64,000 bases of DNA, from positions 14,432-78,431 of the forward strand of contig CALVTD010000001.1 in NCBI GenBank assembly GCA_944359935.1. Reading direction: 5' to 3'. The notes beneath the pieces were generated by a model. That model was not told where the DNA came from. It saw only the letters and a list, made by a program, of their open reading frames with translations, and ran no database searches. The position numbers and the translations under genes are program-made. This document shows, in pieces, positions 37,763-48,391 of this stretch. The stretch is from an uncultured Clostridia bacterium. Lineage in GTDB: Bacteria > Bacillota > Clostridia > Christensenellales > UBA1242. How positions within the stretch are numbered: the first letter of the stretch is position 1; every line of letters starts with the position of its first letter.

Positions 37763-38167
37763 TTATTCCCCTTCTTGTGCTTGCTCTTTTTTCTGCAATT
37801 TTTCAAGGCGTTTGTGATAGTCTGCAATGGCATCTTTAATGCCGTCAACTGCAAGCGATGCGCAGTAAACTTTGTTGGATGGAAGTTCTTCTAAAACCTC
37901 AATAATGTCTGCGCTTGTCAAACTTAAAGCATTTGAAACTGGCATGCCTTTAACCAAATCGCACACAACATCTGCCGATGCGATTGCAGCGCAACATCCA
38001 TAAACTTTAAATCTTGCCTCCTGAATTACTTCGTCTTCAATTTGCAGATAGAACTTCATAATGTCGCCGCATCCAACATCGCCAACTTTGCCCGTGCCAT
38101 TTGCGCCTTTCATTCCGCCAGCATTTTTTGGATTTTGAAAAATGGAAAGAACTTTTTTGTTATACAT
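37763..38167 (-). CDS. nifU: Fe-S cluster assembly scaffold protein (NifU/IscU type)
   Basis: VGCGDIMKFYLQI...YGCCAAIASADV three conserved Cys; downstream of the cysteine desulfurase gene. Confidence 0.85.
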   Translation of the reverse strand: MYNKKVLSIFQNPKNAGGMKGANGTGKVGDVGCGDIMKFYLQIEDEVIQEARFKVYGCCAAIASADVVCDLVKGMPVSNALSLTSADIIEVLEELPSNKVYCASLAVDGIKDAIADYHKRLEKLQKKEQAQEGE

Positions 38168-38169
38168 TT

Positions 38170-39345
38170 TTATCTCCTCCCTGCCTTAGTAATTGGTGAA
38201 ATAGCCCTCAACTTTTTAACAGCACTAATTAACACTTCCAGTGCATAGTCAACATCGGCTTTGGATGTGTTTTTGCCAAATGAAAACCTGATTGTGCCTT
38301 GTGCAAGTTCATCTTCAATTCCCATTGCTTTTAAAACATGTGAAGGCAAAAGTGAATTGGATGTGCATGCAGATGCGGTTGAAACAGCAACGCCGTCAAG
38401 GTCCAAAAGCATCAAAAGGCTTTCGCCTTCCACCATTTCGAACGACACGCTAACAGTGCCCTGAATTTTTTGATGAGGATGGCCGTTGATGTGAATATAT
38501 TCAACATTTTCTTTTAATTTAGAAAGGAAATATTCCCTGATTGAACGCAATTTTTGTTGATTGATTGCAAGGTCTCTCACAGCAATTTCTGCTGCCTTTC
38601 CAAAGCCTGCAATGCCTGGAACATTAAGTGTGCCGCCGCGTTTGCCACGCTCTTGGCTGCCACCGTCAACCAAGTTTTCAATTCTTATGCCGTTTTTAAC
38701 ATACAACGCGCCCACGCCTTTTGGCCCATAAATTTTATGTGCTGAAATGCTGAGTGCATCAATTTCCATATCCTGCACATCAAGCCTAAGCGCGCCAAGT
38801 GCCTGAACTGCATCGGTGTGGAAAATAATTCCATTCTCATGCGCGGTTTTTGCAATGGTTTTGATGTTTTGAATTGTGCCAACTTCATTGTTAACCGCCA
38901 TAATTGAAATTAAAATTGTGTCTTTTCTAATCGCACGCAAAAGTTCGGTTATGCTTACAAGCCCAGTGCTGTCAACTGGAAGATATGTGATTTCAAACCC
39001 CTCTTTTTCAAGCGCAGCACACGCATCTAAAACCGCATGATGTTCAATAGCGGAAGTGATGATGTGCTTACCTTTGTTTGAATTTGCATAAGCCAAACCT
39101 TTGATTGCCCAGTTGTCTGCCTCTGTTCCGCCAGAAGTGAAATAAATTTCATTTGCGCTTTTTGCATTGATTGCGGCTGCAATTCTATCTCTTGCCCTGT
39201 CAACAATCGCAGCAGCATCCCTGCCAAAGCCATGAATTGAACTTGCATTGCCATAAATTGCGTTAAAGCAAGGCAACATTTCATTCAAAACTTCGCTGGA
39301 AACATATGTTGTTGCTGCATTGTCTAAATAAACCTTTCTGCTCAC
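38170..39345 (-). CDS. nifS: Cysteine desulfurase (NifS type)
   Basis: VYLDNAATT, SAHKIYGPKGVGALY (PLP Lys), SACTS active-site Cys; GTG start at 39345 with AAGGAG RBS. Confidence 0.9.
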   Translation of the reverse strand: MSRKVYLDNAATTYVSSEVLNEMLPCFNAIYGNASSIHGFGRDAAAIVDRARDRIAAAINAKSANEIYFTSGGTEADNWAIKGLAYANSNKGKHIITSAIEHHAVLDACAALEKEGFEITYLPVDSTGLVSITELLRAIRKDTILISIMAVNNEVGTIQNIKTIAKTAHENGIIFHTDAVQALGALRLDVQDMEIDALSISAHKIYGPKGVGALYVKNGIRIENLVDGGSQERGKRGGTLNVPGIAGFGKAAEIAVRDLAINQQKLRSIREYFLSKLKENVEYIHINGHPHQKIQGTVSVSFEMVEGESLLMLLDLDGVAVSTASACTSNSLLPSHVLKAMGIEDELAQGTIRFSFGKNTSKADVDYALEVLISAVKKLRAISPITKAGRR

Positions 39346-39411
39346 AATTTTTCTCCTTTTATGCAATAATTTTAACACTTTAACCGCTTTAAGTCAATAT
39401 TAAAATTAAAA

Positions 39412-39442
39412 TTTAATAAAAAAAGGGGCAACAATCCCCTTT
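39412..39442 (-). terminator. Terminator after trxA
   Basis: AGGGG/CCCCT hairpin with a following T-run on the minus strand. Confidence 0.5.
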
Positions 39443-39748
39443 TTATTCGTAAGATTTAACAAAATCCACAAAGTCATCTGCTTGCATAAGCCCAACATGT
39501 TTGCCAGCCATTTCGCCGTCTTTCATCACAACTATGGTTGGGATAGACATGATGCCAAACTTTCTTGCAAGGTTTGGGTTTTCATCCACATCAACTTTAA
39601 CAATGTTGATTTCAGGATTGCTCTCTTCCACCTCTTCCAAAATCGTGCTCATCATTCTGCAAGGCCCACACCAGGTTGCAAAAAAGTCAACCGCGGTTAC
39701 TCCGCTTTTGGTGACCTCTTCAAATTGCGCTTCGTTAATATGTTTCAT
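39443..39748 (-). CDS. trxA: Thioredoxin
   Basis: FFATWCGPCRM active site; 101 aa. Confidence 0.92.
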   Translation of the reverse strand: MKHINEAQFEEVTKSGVTAVDFFATWCGPCRMMSTILEEVEESNPEINIVKVDVDENPNLARKFGIMSIPTIVVMKDGEMAGKHVGLMQADDFVDFVKSYE

Positions 39749-39756
39749 GTTCCCTC

Positions 39757-41049
39757 CTATAACACATATTTTTTAAGGTCAAATTTCTTTTTGGTATCTT
39801 TAAATGCATTTTGAACATAGTTTTTGTCAATCACAACATCCAGCATAGGATGCTCGCCGCTTGCGTTGAAAGAAATGTCTTCAAGCAACAGTTCCATAAT
39901 AGTATGCAATCTTCTTGCACCAATATTCTCGCTGGATTCATTTTCTGCGGCAGCCATTGCAGCAATTTCATCCAATGCATCGTCTGTGAAAGTGAGGTTG
40001 ATGTTGTCAACTTTCAAAAGTGAAGCATATTGCAAAGTAACAGCATTTTTAGGCTGAGAAAGAATGCGTTTAAAATCTTTTTCAGTAAGACTATCCAAAT
40101 CAACCCTGATTGGAAAACGACCTTGAAGTTCTGGAATCATATCCTCAATTTTGGAAACATGGAATGCGCCAGAAGCGATGAATAAGATGAAATCGGTTTT
40201 AACATTTCCATATTTTGTGGCAACTGTGCAGCCTTCCACGATTGGCAAAATATCTCTTTGCACGCCCTCTCGTGAAACATCCTGAGAGTTATTGTTTTTA
40301 ACGCCAATGATTTTATCAATCTCGTCAATGAAAATAATACCCTCTTCCTCTGCCCTTCTAATTGCCTCGCTGTTAACATTGTCAAGGTCAATCAGTTTGT
40401 CGCATTCATCGTTCATAAGCGCTTCTCTTGCATTTTTAACTGGCATGCGCTTATTCTTTCTTCTTTGTGGAAGCAAGCCGTCAAACATAGAGCCCAGTGA
40501 AATCTCTGGCCCGCCTATTGCCATGATCGGTTTTGGCGCGTCAACAACGGCAACCTCGATTATTTCGTCTTCCAGTTTGCCCTCTTGCAACTCTTTCTTT
40601 ATCTCTGCCTTATCTTGCGAAAGCGTGCCCTCTCTTCTTGCCAAAGCAATGGCATCAATAAGTTTGCTTTCAACAATTGGGGCAACTTTGTTTTCAACCT
40701 CGTGCTGTTTTTCGTCCTTAACCATTCTCACGGAAACTTCCACAAGGTCTCTCACCATGCTTTCAACATCTCTGCCCACATAACCAACTTCGGTGTATTT
40801 GGTGGCTTCAATTTTAATAAACGGCGCCTTAACAAGTTTGGCAAGCCTTCTGGCGATTTCGGTTTTGCCCACACCAGTTGGGCCGCGCATGATGATGTTT
40901 TTAGGGGTTATTTCCTCTCTAAGTTCTTTTGGCAGTTTGCTTCTTCTATATCTGTTTCTAAGCGCAATTGCCACAGCGCGCTTTGCTTTGTTTTGACCAA
41001 TGATGTATTTATCAAGTTCTTTAACTATTTGTTTTGGTGAATATTCCAT
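39757..41049 (-). CDS. hslU: ATP-dependent protease ATPase subunit HslU
   Basis: PKQIVKELDKYIIGQNKAKRAVAIALRNRYRR, GPTGVGKTEIARRLA, IIFIDEIDKI. Confidence 0.93.
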   Translation of the reverse strand: MEYSPKQIVKELDKYIIGQNKAKRAVAIALRNRYRRSKLPKELREEITPKNIIMRGPTGVGKTEIARRLAKLVKAPFIKIEATKYTEVGYVGRDVESMVRDLVEVSVRMVKDEKQHEVENKVAPIVESKLIDAIALARREGTLSQDKAEIKKELQEGKLEDEIIEVAVVDAPKPIMAIGGPEISLGSMFDGLLPQRRKNKRMPVKNAREALMNDECDKLIDLDNVNSEAIRRAEEEGIIFIDEIDKIIGVKNNNSQDVSREGVQRDILPIVEGCTVATKYGNVKTDFILFIASGAFHVSKIEDMIPELQGRFPIRVDLDSLTEKDFKRILSQPKNAVTLQYASLLKVDNINLTFTDDALDEIAAMAAAENESSENIGARRLHTIMELLLEDISFNASGEHPMLDVVIDKNYVQNAFKDTKKKFDLKKYVL

Positions 41050-41051
41050 AA

Positions 41052-41594
41052 TTATGCTCCTAATTCTTCAACAATAATGTTGTCGTTGGTGTAAACGCAA
41101 ATTTCACTTGCAATTTTAAGTGCACGATAAGCAATCTCTTTTGCAGACAGGTTTGTGTTTTGCTTTAACGCTTTTGCAGCCGCCAGCGCATAGTTGCCGC
41201 CAGAACCGATTGCGCAAACATTATCCTCTGGCTCAATCACATCGCCTGTGCCATCCAAAATAAGCAATGTGTTCTTGTCTGCAACAATCATCATCGCATC
41301 AAGTTTTCTTGCAATTTTGTCATCTCTCCACAGTTCTGCCAAAGCGACTGAACTTCTCATAAGGTTGCCTGAATATTTGTTAAGCATCTCCTCAAAGCGT
41401 TCGGTAAGCGAAAAAGCATCGGCCACGCTGCCCGCGAAACCAACAATAACCTTGTCATCAAAAATGCGCCTAACCTTTTTTGCATTTCCCTTAAAAATCA
41501 CCGAGTTTTGCATGGTAACCTGTCCATCACCTGCAATGGCGATTTTACCATCTTTTTTGACTGCACAAATGGTTGTGCCACGAAACTCTTGCAT
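41052..41594 (-). CDS. hslV: ATP-dependent protease subunit HslV
   Basis: [22 protein letters not shown] (N-terminal Thr nucleophile), [10 protein letters not shown]. Confidence 0.93.
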   Translation of the reverse strand: MQEFRGTTICAVKKDGKIAIAGDGQVTMQNSVIFKGNAKKVRRIFDDKVIVGFAGSVADAFSLTERFEEMLNKYSGNLMRSSVALAELWRDDKIARKLDAMMIVADKNTLLILDGTGDVIEPEDNVCAIGSGGNYALAAAKALKQNTNLSAKEIAYRALKIASEICVYTNDNIIVEELGA

Positions 41595-42681
41595 TAAACT
41601 CCTCCTTAAATTTTGTCAATTTATTTATTGCCTGCGATTGATTTACATCTTTGATTATATCATAGTTTAAATCAATTTGTTCTTGTTTGAAGCCTTGAAG
41701 TGAAAATAATTTGGCAATTATATTTCCGCAGATTGTACCGGCCGGATATTTAACAAGCCCTCTGCCTTCAATCATGTTTAAAACATTCAGCGCCGCCAAA
41801 TGTCCAGTGGCGATGGCTTCAAGTTCGCCGCCCACCAAAATCAACCTGCCCGCAAAGAAAATGTTGGAATACGACTGCGATTGAAGATGAATGTTGATGC
41901 AGGAGGCTGGTGAAATAAATGTGCATTTTTGCATATCTCCAAATTTGATTACCTGCGCCTCTTTTAGCCCGTCAAAAATATTGAACAATTTTTGCTGCTG
42001 CTCGCTTGGCATTTTGGTTTGAAAATTTTGTAAAACAAACCCCTCTTCGGTTTTTTTAAACTTTAAACATGCTGGGAAAATTTTTCCATCAATCACGGCA
42101 GGCTTGAACGCTTTGGCTTTTAAAAGTTGCGCTCCACACGCAGCCCATTTTTCAATGCAATCTTCCTCGCAAGAAAAATTTTTTAGAAACTGCTGCGCCT
42201 CTTTCACCTGCTCTTCTTTAACAGGCAAAAAATATTGCTCATTTTGCTTAATCAATTTTAAGTTGCCAAAAACAGGAAAAATAGGCTGCCATTTATATGC
42301 CCTGTTTTTTCCAACTATATTCTCAATTTGGCTAAAAAACTCATCGCTGGTGTTGCTTCCAGTCGCAATAATTGTGGGCTCATTAAGCGAAATTTCACCG
42401 ATTTTGCCATTAAAAATGTTAATTTTTGCATCTTTTTCAAGTTTTTCACGAATTTTTAACCTTAAATCCACTAAATTATCGTCAGCCAGTGCGCAACTTG
42501 CCGAGCCCAAAGCCTGCAACTCTCTAAACAATTTTTTTGTGTTTTCATTTACAGCAATTTGATTTTCAAAAGGCGAATAAATGTCAAAAAGATGCACTTC
42601 CACTCCATAAGAACTGAGCGTAAGTGCCGCTTCGCCTCCTGCATATCCTCCACCGATTATGTTGACAATATTGCTTTTCAT
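41545..42681 (-). CDS. Divergent, short TrmFO/Gid-family FAD-dependent protein
   Basis: [17 protein letters not shown] motif, [35 protein letters not shown]. It keeps the topA-trmFO-hslVU synteny known from Bacillus. At 378 aa it is shorter than the usual ~435, and its 3-prime end overlaps hslV by 50 nt. Confidence 0.6.
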   Translation of the reverse strand: MKSNIVNIIGGGYAGGEAALTLSSYGVEVHLFDIYSPFENQIAVNENTKKLFRELQALGSASCALADDNLVDLRLKIREKLEKDAKINIFNGKIGEISLNEPTIIATGSNTSDEFFSQIENIVGKNRAYKWQPIFPVFGNLKLIKQNEQYFLPVKEEQVKEAQQFLKNFSCEEDCIEKWAACGAQLLKAKAFKPAVIDGKIFPACLKFKKTEEGFVLQNFQTKMPSEQQQKLFNIFDGLKEAQVIKFGDMQKCTFISPASCINIHLQSQSYSNIFFAGRLILVGGELEAIATGHLAALNVLNMIEGRGLVKYPAGTICGNIIAKLFSLQGFKQEQIDLNYDIIKDVNQSQAINKLTKFKEEFNARVSWHNHLCSQKRW

Positions 42682-44726
42682 TGCTCCTTATAATCACATT
42701 TTGAACAAACGATTTTTTTGTTTTTTATTATCAATGGCTCGTTGCAATTTGGGCATCTTTTGCCAGTTGTTGGATACCAACTCATAAACTTGCAGGTTGG
42801 ATAATTTGCGCATGAGAAAAATGTTTTGCCTCGTTTAGACTTTCTTGCAACAACATCCCCACCGCATTCTGGACATTTGCCAACCACTTTTTGCTGCTCT
42901 TCATATGGCATGATATTTCTGCATTTTGGGAAGTTTGAGCAGCCCAAAAATTTGCCGTATCGCCCCTCTCTTAAAAGCATCTTATGCCCGCACTTATCAC
43001 AGATTATGTCGGTTTCTTGTGGCTCGGCTTTAAGCGAAAAGCCAGAGGCATCACTTGCCGACAAAAGTTTTGAAAAGCCCGACCAAAAACTCTCGACAAC
43101 GTCGTGCCAGTCATCATTTTGAGTGGCAATGTCGTCAAGCCTGTTTTCCATGTTCGCAGTGAATTTAACATTTATTACAGAACTGAAAAATTTCTCTAAG
43201 TATTCGGTAACCTTTCTGCCAAGTTCGGTTGGCACAAGGCTTTTGCCGTCTTTGGTTACATATTCTCTTGTCTGCAAAACCATGATGGTTGCGGCATATG
43301 TTGCAGGTCTGCCAATGCCTTTTTCTTCCATCGCCTTAACCAAACTTGCCTCGGTGTAGCGTGCTGGTGGCTTGGTGAACTTTTGCTCGGTTTTAACCTC
43401 TTTGGCAGGAAGTCTCTCGCCTTCATCCAGCACTGGAAGTTTGGAAATTTCCTGTTTTTCATCACCTTCAAATTCTTTATAAGCCGCAGTGTAACCAGCA
43501 AATTCCATGGTTTTTCCAACCGCTTTAAATTCATAGTCTTTTGCGCTGAAATTTGCAGTTACATTTGAATAAATTGCATCACTCATTTGGCTGGCAAGAA
43601 ATCTTTCGTAGATAAGTTTGTAAAGTTTATAGTTATCCGGCGAAAGCGATGCTTTAACCTTTTCAGGCGTTATATTCATATTGATAGGCCTGATTGCCTC
43701 GTGTGCGTCCTGCGCGTTGGCTTTTTTGGCATAGATGTTTGGTTTTTCTGGAACAAACTTGTCGCCATACATCTTTTTTGCAAACTCACGGCAGGCGTTT
43801 TGTGCATCCACCGAAACACGAGTGGAGTCTGTTCTAATGTAAGTAATCAAGGCAAGTTTGCCCTCGCCTGCAATTTCAACGCCTTCATAAAGTTGTTGTG
43901 CAGCCGCAGTGGTTCTTTTAATGCTGAGGCCGGCTTTGTTTAGTGCATCCTGCTGCATGGTTGAAGTTGTAAAAGGCGCCGGTGCGTGTGATTTTGTGGT
44001 TGAACGCTTAACTTTTGTGGTTAAAAATGGTTGGTCTTTAACCTCGTCCACAACCCTTTTTGCCTCCGCCTCATTTGCAGGCAAAAACTTTTTGCCATTC
44101 TTTTTTTCAAGGCTTGCTTTAAAAACATCGCTGTTTTTAATTAAAAACGCTGTAACCGGCCAATATTCTTCCGGCTTGAACGCCTCAATTTCTTTTTCCC
44201 TGTCAACAACAAGTTTCAACGCAACCGATTGCACTCTGCCTGCGCTGAGCCTTGGTTTTATTTTTTTGCAAAGAATTGGTGAAAGTTTATATCCCACAAT
44301 TCTGTCAAGTGCACGCCTTGCTTGCTGGGCGTTAACCAAATTTTGGTCGATTGCGCGCGGCTGAGTTAAAGCGTTTTGCACTGCTTTTTGTGAAATTTCG
44401 TTAAACTGAATTCTGCATTTTTTATTTTTATCAATTCCAAGCACATTTGCAATATGCCATGCAATTGCCTCACCTTCTCTATCCGGGTCGGTTGCAATCA
44501 GCACATTGTCTGCATTAGCTGCTTTTGATTTAAGGTCGCTAATAAGTTGCCTTTTATCTGGCATGATTTCATATTTTGGCTCGAAATGATTGTTTACATC
44601 AAGCCCAAAACTTTTTTGCGGAAGGTCGCGGATGTGGCCTTTGGTTGCAAAAACATCATAGCCGCTTCCCAAATATTTTTTTAACGTATCCCTTTTTGCA
44701 GGGGCTTCAATTACGACAAGGTTCAA
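42678..44726 (-). CDS. topA: DNA topoisomerase I
   Basis: TOPRIM N-terminus (VVIEAPAKRDTLKKYLG, ATDPDREGEAIAWH), C-terminal Cys4 zinc ribbons; TTG start with GGAGGA RBS. Confidence 0.93.
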   Translation of the reverse strand: MNLVVIEAPAKRDTLKKYLGSGYDVFATKGHIRDLPQKSFGLDVNNHFEPKYEIMPDKRQLISDLKSKAANADNVLIATDPDREGEAIAWHIANVLGIDKNKKCRIQFNEISQKAVQNALTQPRAIDQNLVNAQQARRALDRIVGYKLSPILCKKIKPRLSAGRVQSVALKLVVDREKEIEAFKPEEYWPVTAFLIKNSDVFKASLEKKNGKKFLPANEAEAKRVVDEVKDQPFLTTKVKRSTTKSHAPAPFTTSTMQQDALNKAGLSIKRTTAAAQQLYEGVEIAGEGKLALITYIRTDSTRVSVDAQNACREFAKKMYGDKFVPEKPNIYAKKANAQDAHEAIRPINMNITPEKVKASLSPDNYKLYKLIYERFLASQMSDAIYSNVTANFSAKDYEFKAVGKTMEFAGYTAAYKEFEGDEKQEISKLPVLDEGERLPAKEVKTEQKFTKPPARYTEASLVKAMEEKGIGRPATYAATIMVLQTREYVTKDGKSLVPTELGRKVTEYLEKFFSSVINVKFTANMENRLDDIATQNDDWHDVVESFWSGFSKLLSASDASGFSLKAEPQETDIICDKCGHKMLLREGRYGKFLGCSNFPKCRNIMPYEEQQKVVGKCPECGGDVVARKSKRGKTFFSCANYPTCKFMSWYPTTGKRCPNCNEPLIIKNKKIVCSKCDYKEQ

Positions 44727-44735
44727 AATTTCCTC

Positions 44736-45797
44736 CTAACTGAGCGAATAAACTCCGCCCGGCATTCTTTTAATTATACTTTTTATTTCAAGGCTTGTCA
44801 AAAGACTGTTGAGTTTTGCAATATTTATTTTTGTAATTTCTTCAATTTCGTCCATGGTTTTTTCACCATTCGACAAACACTGCACAATCAAATTTTCGTT
44901 TGTGGAGAGTTTGGAGGCCGTGGTTTTCTTTTGTTCAAGCCCAAGTTCATCAATAATCTGCTTTGCGTTCAGCGCACAAATGCCTTGCATAGAGGCAATC
45001 AAATTGTTTGTTCCATCGCTTTGCGCCGAAGTGATGTTGCCTGGCACAGCATAAATAGGCACGCCATAATCCAGCGCAAAATCTTTGGTGATGGTTGTGC
45101 CGCTTTTGGCACCCGCCTCGGTGATTAGCAAAGCATCACTTAGCGCCGCAACAATTCTGTTGCGCTGCGGAAAGTTATATTTCACCGCATTTATATCTGG
45201 CCTGTGCTCGGTGAGAACTAAGCCTTTTTTAACAATCTCTTCAAAAAGCGAGGTATGCTCGGCAGGATAAACTTTGTCAAACCCGCCTGCAAGCACTGCA
45301 ATGGTTTTGCCACCAACTGCTAAGGCTTTGCGATGCGCAATGCTGTCCACGCCGTATGCGAGCCCGCTGATAACCACCGCTCCACTTTTGGCAAGTTCGC
45401 CAGCAAAACGTTCCGTAATCACTGCGCCGTAATTTGAAGGTTTTCTTGTTCCAACAATTGCCACAGACGGCAGCGAGAGCAAGCCAAGGTCGCCTTGATA
45501 AAACAAATAATATGGCGCATCGTCTATTTTTTTCAACTTGTCTGGATAAACCTCACTTTCAATCGTGAAAAGCCCAATGCCCTTTTCTTTCAATCTGTTT
45601 AAATAGGCATCAAAAAATTTTTGATTGGCTTTTTTGGCAATGGCAGAATAATCCTCGCCCAAAACGCTTTCCACCTCGTCATTGAGGTAAAAATTTTCAA
45701 AATCATAATTTTGATTTAAAGCATTTAAAATTCTGCTTATTTTAGAGTGCGACAACTCAAATGCAGATAAAAACTTTATAAAACAATCTCTATTCAT
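44736..45797 (-). CDS. dprA: DNA processing protein DprA (Smf)
   Basis: VAIVGTRKPSNYG, SGLAYGVDSIAHRKAL, C-terminal winged-helix-like tail. Confidence 0.88.
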   Translation of the reverse strand: MNRDCFIKFLSAFELSHSKISRILNALNQNYDFENFYLNDEVESVLGEDYSAIAKKANQKFFDAYLNRLKEKGIGLFTIESEVYPDKLKKIDDAPYYLFYQGDLGLLSLPSVAIVGTRKPSNYGAVITERFAGELAKSGAVVISGLAYGVDSIAHRKALAVGGKTIAVLAGGFDKVYPAEHTSLFEEIVKKGLVLTEHRPDINAVKYNFPQRNRIVAALSDALLITEAGAKSGTTITKDFALDYGVPIYAVPGNITSAQSDGTNNLIASMQGICALNAKQIIDELGLEQKKTTASKLSTNENLIVQCLSNGEKTMDEIEEITKINIAKLNSLLTSLEIKSIIKRMPGGVYSLS

Positions 45798-45805
45798 ACC
45801 TTTTC

Positions 45806-47350
45806 CTATAAATATTTTCTATCAAGCGAGCGATATGCAATGGCCTCGGCAATATGCTCTGGCAAGATTTCCTCCTCGCCCTCCAAATCGGCGATTGTTC
45901 TGGCAACCTTCAAAATTCTGTCATGCGCACGCGCTGAAAGTTTTAAGTTTTCAAAGGCCGTTCTCAAAAGTTGCTCGCTCTCTTGGCTCAACTTGCAAAA
46001 GCGTTTGGTTGCTGGCACGCTCATTTTGGCATTGGAAAAGTTTTTCATGCCCCTAAATCTTTCAAGTTGAATTTTTCTTGCCTTGTCCACACGCTGCTTG
46101 ATTGACTGAGAGTTTTCCTCTTCTCGCTCAGCGCGAAGGTCGTCAAACTCCACATCATCCACTTCCACATGCAGGTCTATTCTGTCCAAAATAGGCCCTG
46201 AAATTTTTGAAAGATATTTATGTATCTGTGATGGCGAGCACTTGCACTCTTTGTGTTTGCTGCCATAGTTGCCACATGGGCATGGGTTCATGCTGGCGAT
46301 AAGCGTGAAGTTGGCAGGATATGTAACTGTCAGTGCGCTTCTTGCCACGGTTATTGTGCCGTCTTCAAGTGGCTGACGCAACATTTCCAAGCATTGGCGC
46401 GGATATTCAGGCAGTTCATCCAAATAAAGCACACCATTGTGCGCAAGCGAAATTTCGCCAGGCCTGCTGTGAGTGCCGCCGCCTGTTAAACTCACCGCCG
46501 AAGCCGAATGATGCGGTGTTCTAAAAGGTCGTGAAGAGACAATGCCCTTTTTAAAATCAAGTTCTCCTGCAACCGAATGAATTTTTGTAACTTCCAGTGC
46601 CTCTTCAAAAGTCATGTCTGGCAAGATTGACGGAAAGCACTTTGCAAGCATGCTTTTGCCGCTGCCTGGTGGGCCAATCATAAGCACATTGTGTCCGCCT
46701 GCGGCAGCAATTTCCAGCGCGCGTTTTGCGCGCGCCTGACCTTTAACAAATTTAAAATCCATCGCGCCTTGCTCTTGCGCTTGCCCCGGAACAAACTGCA
46801 AAGCTTTAAGTGGCTGAATTTGCAAATGCCCCGCAATAAATTCCACCGCCTCGCTCAATGATGAAACGGCAAAAATTTCTAGTCCCTGAATGTAACTTGC
46901 TTCAAGAGCGTTGGCTGACGGAATGATAAATCTTTTAAAGCCTGCGCTTCTTGCCGAAATTAAAATTGGAAGCAAGCCTTTCACCGGCTTAACCTCGCCG
47001 TTAAGCGAAAGTTCGCCAAGTATAACAAAAGGTGTTGCTTTGCCGCTTGTAAAATCTGGCACATCGTTATCTTTATCCGCAGCCATGATGCCAATGGCGA
47101 TGGCAAGGTCATAGAGCGGCCCTTCTTTTTTAACATCAGCAGGTGCAAGGTTGACAGTGATGCGTTTTAGTGGATAGTTATATCCCGAATTTTTAATTGC
47201 CGAGTGCACCCTTTCCTTGGCCTCTTTAACGGCGGTGTCTGCCAGCCCCACAACATCAAAGTGCGGCAAACCTCTTGAAATGTCAACCTCCACTTCAACA
47301 GCAAAGCCTTCAATGCCTTTTAGCCCATAACAATGAATTTTTGAAAGCAT
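45806..47350 (-). CDS. YifB/ComM-family Mg-chelatase-like AAA+ ATPase
   Basis: GLPHFDVVGLADTAVKEAKERV, MIGPPGSGKSMLA, GVLYLDELPEY, C-terminal RAHDRILKVARTIADLEG. Confidence 0.88.
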   Translation of the reverse strand: MLSKIHCYGLKGIEGFAVEVEVDISRGLPHFDVVGLADTAVKEAKERVHSAIKNSGYNYPLKRITVNLAPADVKKEGPLYDLAIAIGIMAADKDNDVPDFTSGKATPFVILGELSLNGEVKPVKGLLPILISARSAGFKRFIIPSANALEASYIQGLEIFAVSSLSEAVEFIAGHLQIQPLKALQFVPGQAQEQGAMDFKFVKGQARAKRALEIAAAGGHNVLMIGPPGSGKSMLAKCFPSILPDMTFEEALEVTKIHSVAGELDFKKGIVSSRPFRTPHHSASAVSLTGGGTHSRPGEISLAHNGVLYLDELPEYPRQCLEMLRQPLEDGTITVARSALTVTYPANFTLIASMNPCPCGNYGSKHKECKCSPSQIHKYLSKISGPILDRIDLHVEVDDVEFDDLRAEREEENSQSIKQRVDKARKIQLERFRGMKNFSNAKMSVPATKRFCKLSQESEQLLRTAFENLKLSARAHDRILKVARTIADLEGEEEILPEHIAEAIAYRSLDRKYL

Positions 47351-47426
47351 TATTTCTCCTTAGTTTGATAGTAGTATATCAAACCCGATGTTTTTTCGCA
47401 AATAAATGAAAGGTTAAATTTTTGTT

Positions 47427-47456
47427 ACAAAAAAACCTTTGCTGAGCAAAGGTTTA
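47427..47456 (-). terminator. Terminator of rplS
   Basis: AAACCTTTGC-TCA-GCAAAGGTTT hairpin plus T-run on the minus strand, overlapping the stop codon. Confidence 0.65.
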
Positions 47457-47804
47457 TCTGTTATCTGCTGATTTAATCTTAGCGGCTTTTCCAGTAAGAG
47501 CACGAACATAGTAAAGTTTTGCCCTTCTTGGCTTACCTTTTCTAATTACTTCAACATTAGCAACAAGTGGTGAATGCAATGGGAAAGTTCTTTCAACGCC
47601 AACGCCGTTTGAAATTTTTCTTACGGTGAAAGTTTCTCTAATTCCGCCATTTTTTCTTGCAATCACAACGCCTTCAAAGCCTTGAATTCTTTCTTTGTCG
47701 CCTTCTTTAATTCGAACGCCCACTTTAACGGTATCGCCGATGTTGAAAGAAGGAATTTCTTGCTTCATGTTCTCTTTTTCAATTTGGTCGATTATGTTTG
47801 CCAT
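47454..47804 (-). CDS. rplS: 50S ribosomal protein L19
   Basis: [38 protein letters not shown]...TFTVRK. Confidence 0.95.
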   Translation of the reverse strand: MANIIDQIEKENMKQEIPSFNIGDTVKVGVRIKEGDKERIQGFEGVVIARKNGGIRETFTVRKISNGVGVERTFPLHSPLVANVEVIRKGKPRRAKLYYVRALTGKAAKIKSADNR

Positions 47805-47954
47805 TGACTTATCTCCTTTTTCCAGATTTTCGACATAGTGTTCATTGATGTTATCAAGCGGACCACTCGAAGTCTTGTATATATTATCATATTAGAAAAT
47901 ATATTTCAAGCGATTTTGCAACTTTTTTTAATAAAAAATCGGCTAAATGCCGAT

Positions 47955-48335
47955 TTATCTTGCTAGTTCTGTATTGATAGGTGCGGTTGGGTCTGGTCTA
48001 GAAGGTCTGTTAGGGTCCAAATCTGGGTTTGGCTTAGATGAATCACCTTGATTTTCCGCATCATCTGCACTGTTTGCATCACCATTGCCAGTGGATGGAT
48101 TTTCATACCTATCACTATTGTCATCCTGAACATAATGAGTGTCATCTTGCATATTTTGTGCAACCGTGTCGGTATGGTTATATTTTATTCCAAAATATGT
48201 GCCTGCCGCAGCCGCTACCGCGCAAAGGCAAAACACACCCACGCCTTTCAAAACTGGGTGTTTTGTAATTCTTCCAGATCTTTCGGTTGTTTCGCTGTAT
48301 TTTTTTTCAGCAGCCTTATTAACTCTTGTAGCCAT
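47955..48335 (-). CDS. Hypothetical single-TM protein with acidic low-complexity ectodomain
   Basis: GVGVFCLCAVAAAAGTYFGI TM helix; D/N/P-rich tail. Confidence 0.4.
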   Translation of the reverse strand: MATRVNKAAEKKYSETTERSGRITKHPVLKGVGVFCLCAVAAAAGTYFGIKYNHTDTVAQNMQDDTHYVQDDNSDRYENPSTGNGDANSADDAENQGDSSKPNPDLDPNRPSRPDPTAPINTELAR

Positions 48336-48391
48336 TTTTCTTACCTCATGTGTATTATATCACTCTTCTCTCGCCCTGTCAATACTCACTT

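Noticed and set aside
47805-47900. Possible L19 (rplS) leader RNA between the TTGAAA-17-TAATAT promoter and rplS.
   Set aside because: The ~75-nt leader exists, but I cannot recognise the conserved L19-leader hairpin by eye. It needs an Rfam scan, so it is not reported as a feature.
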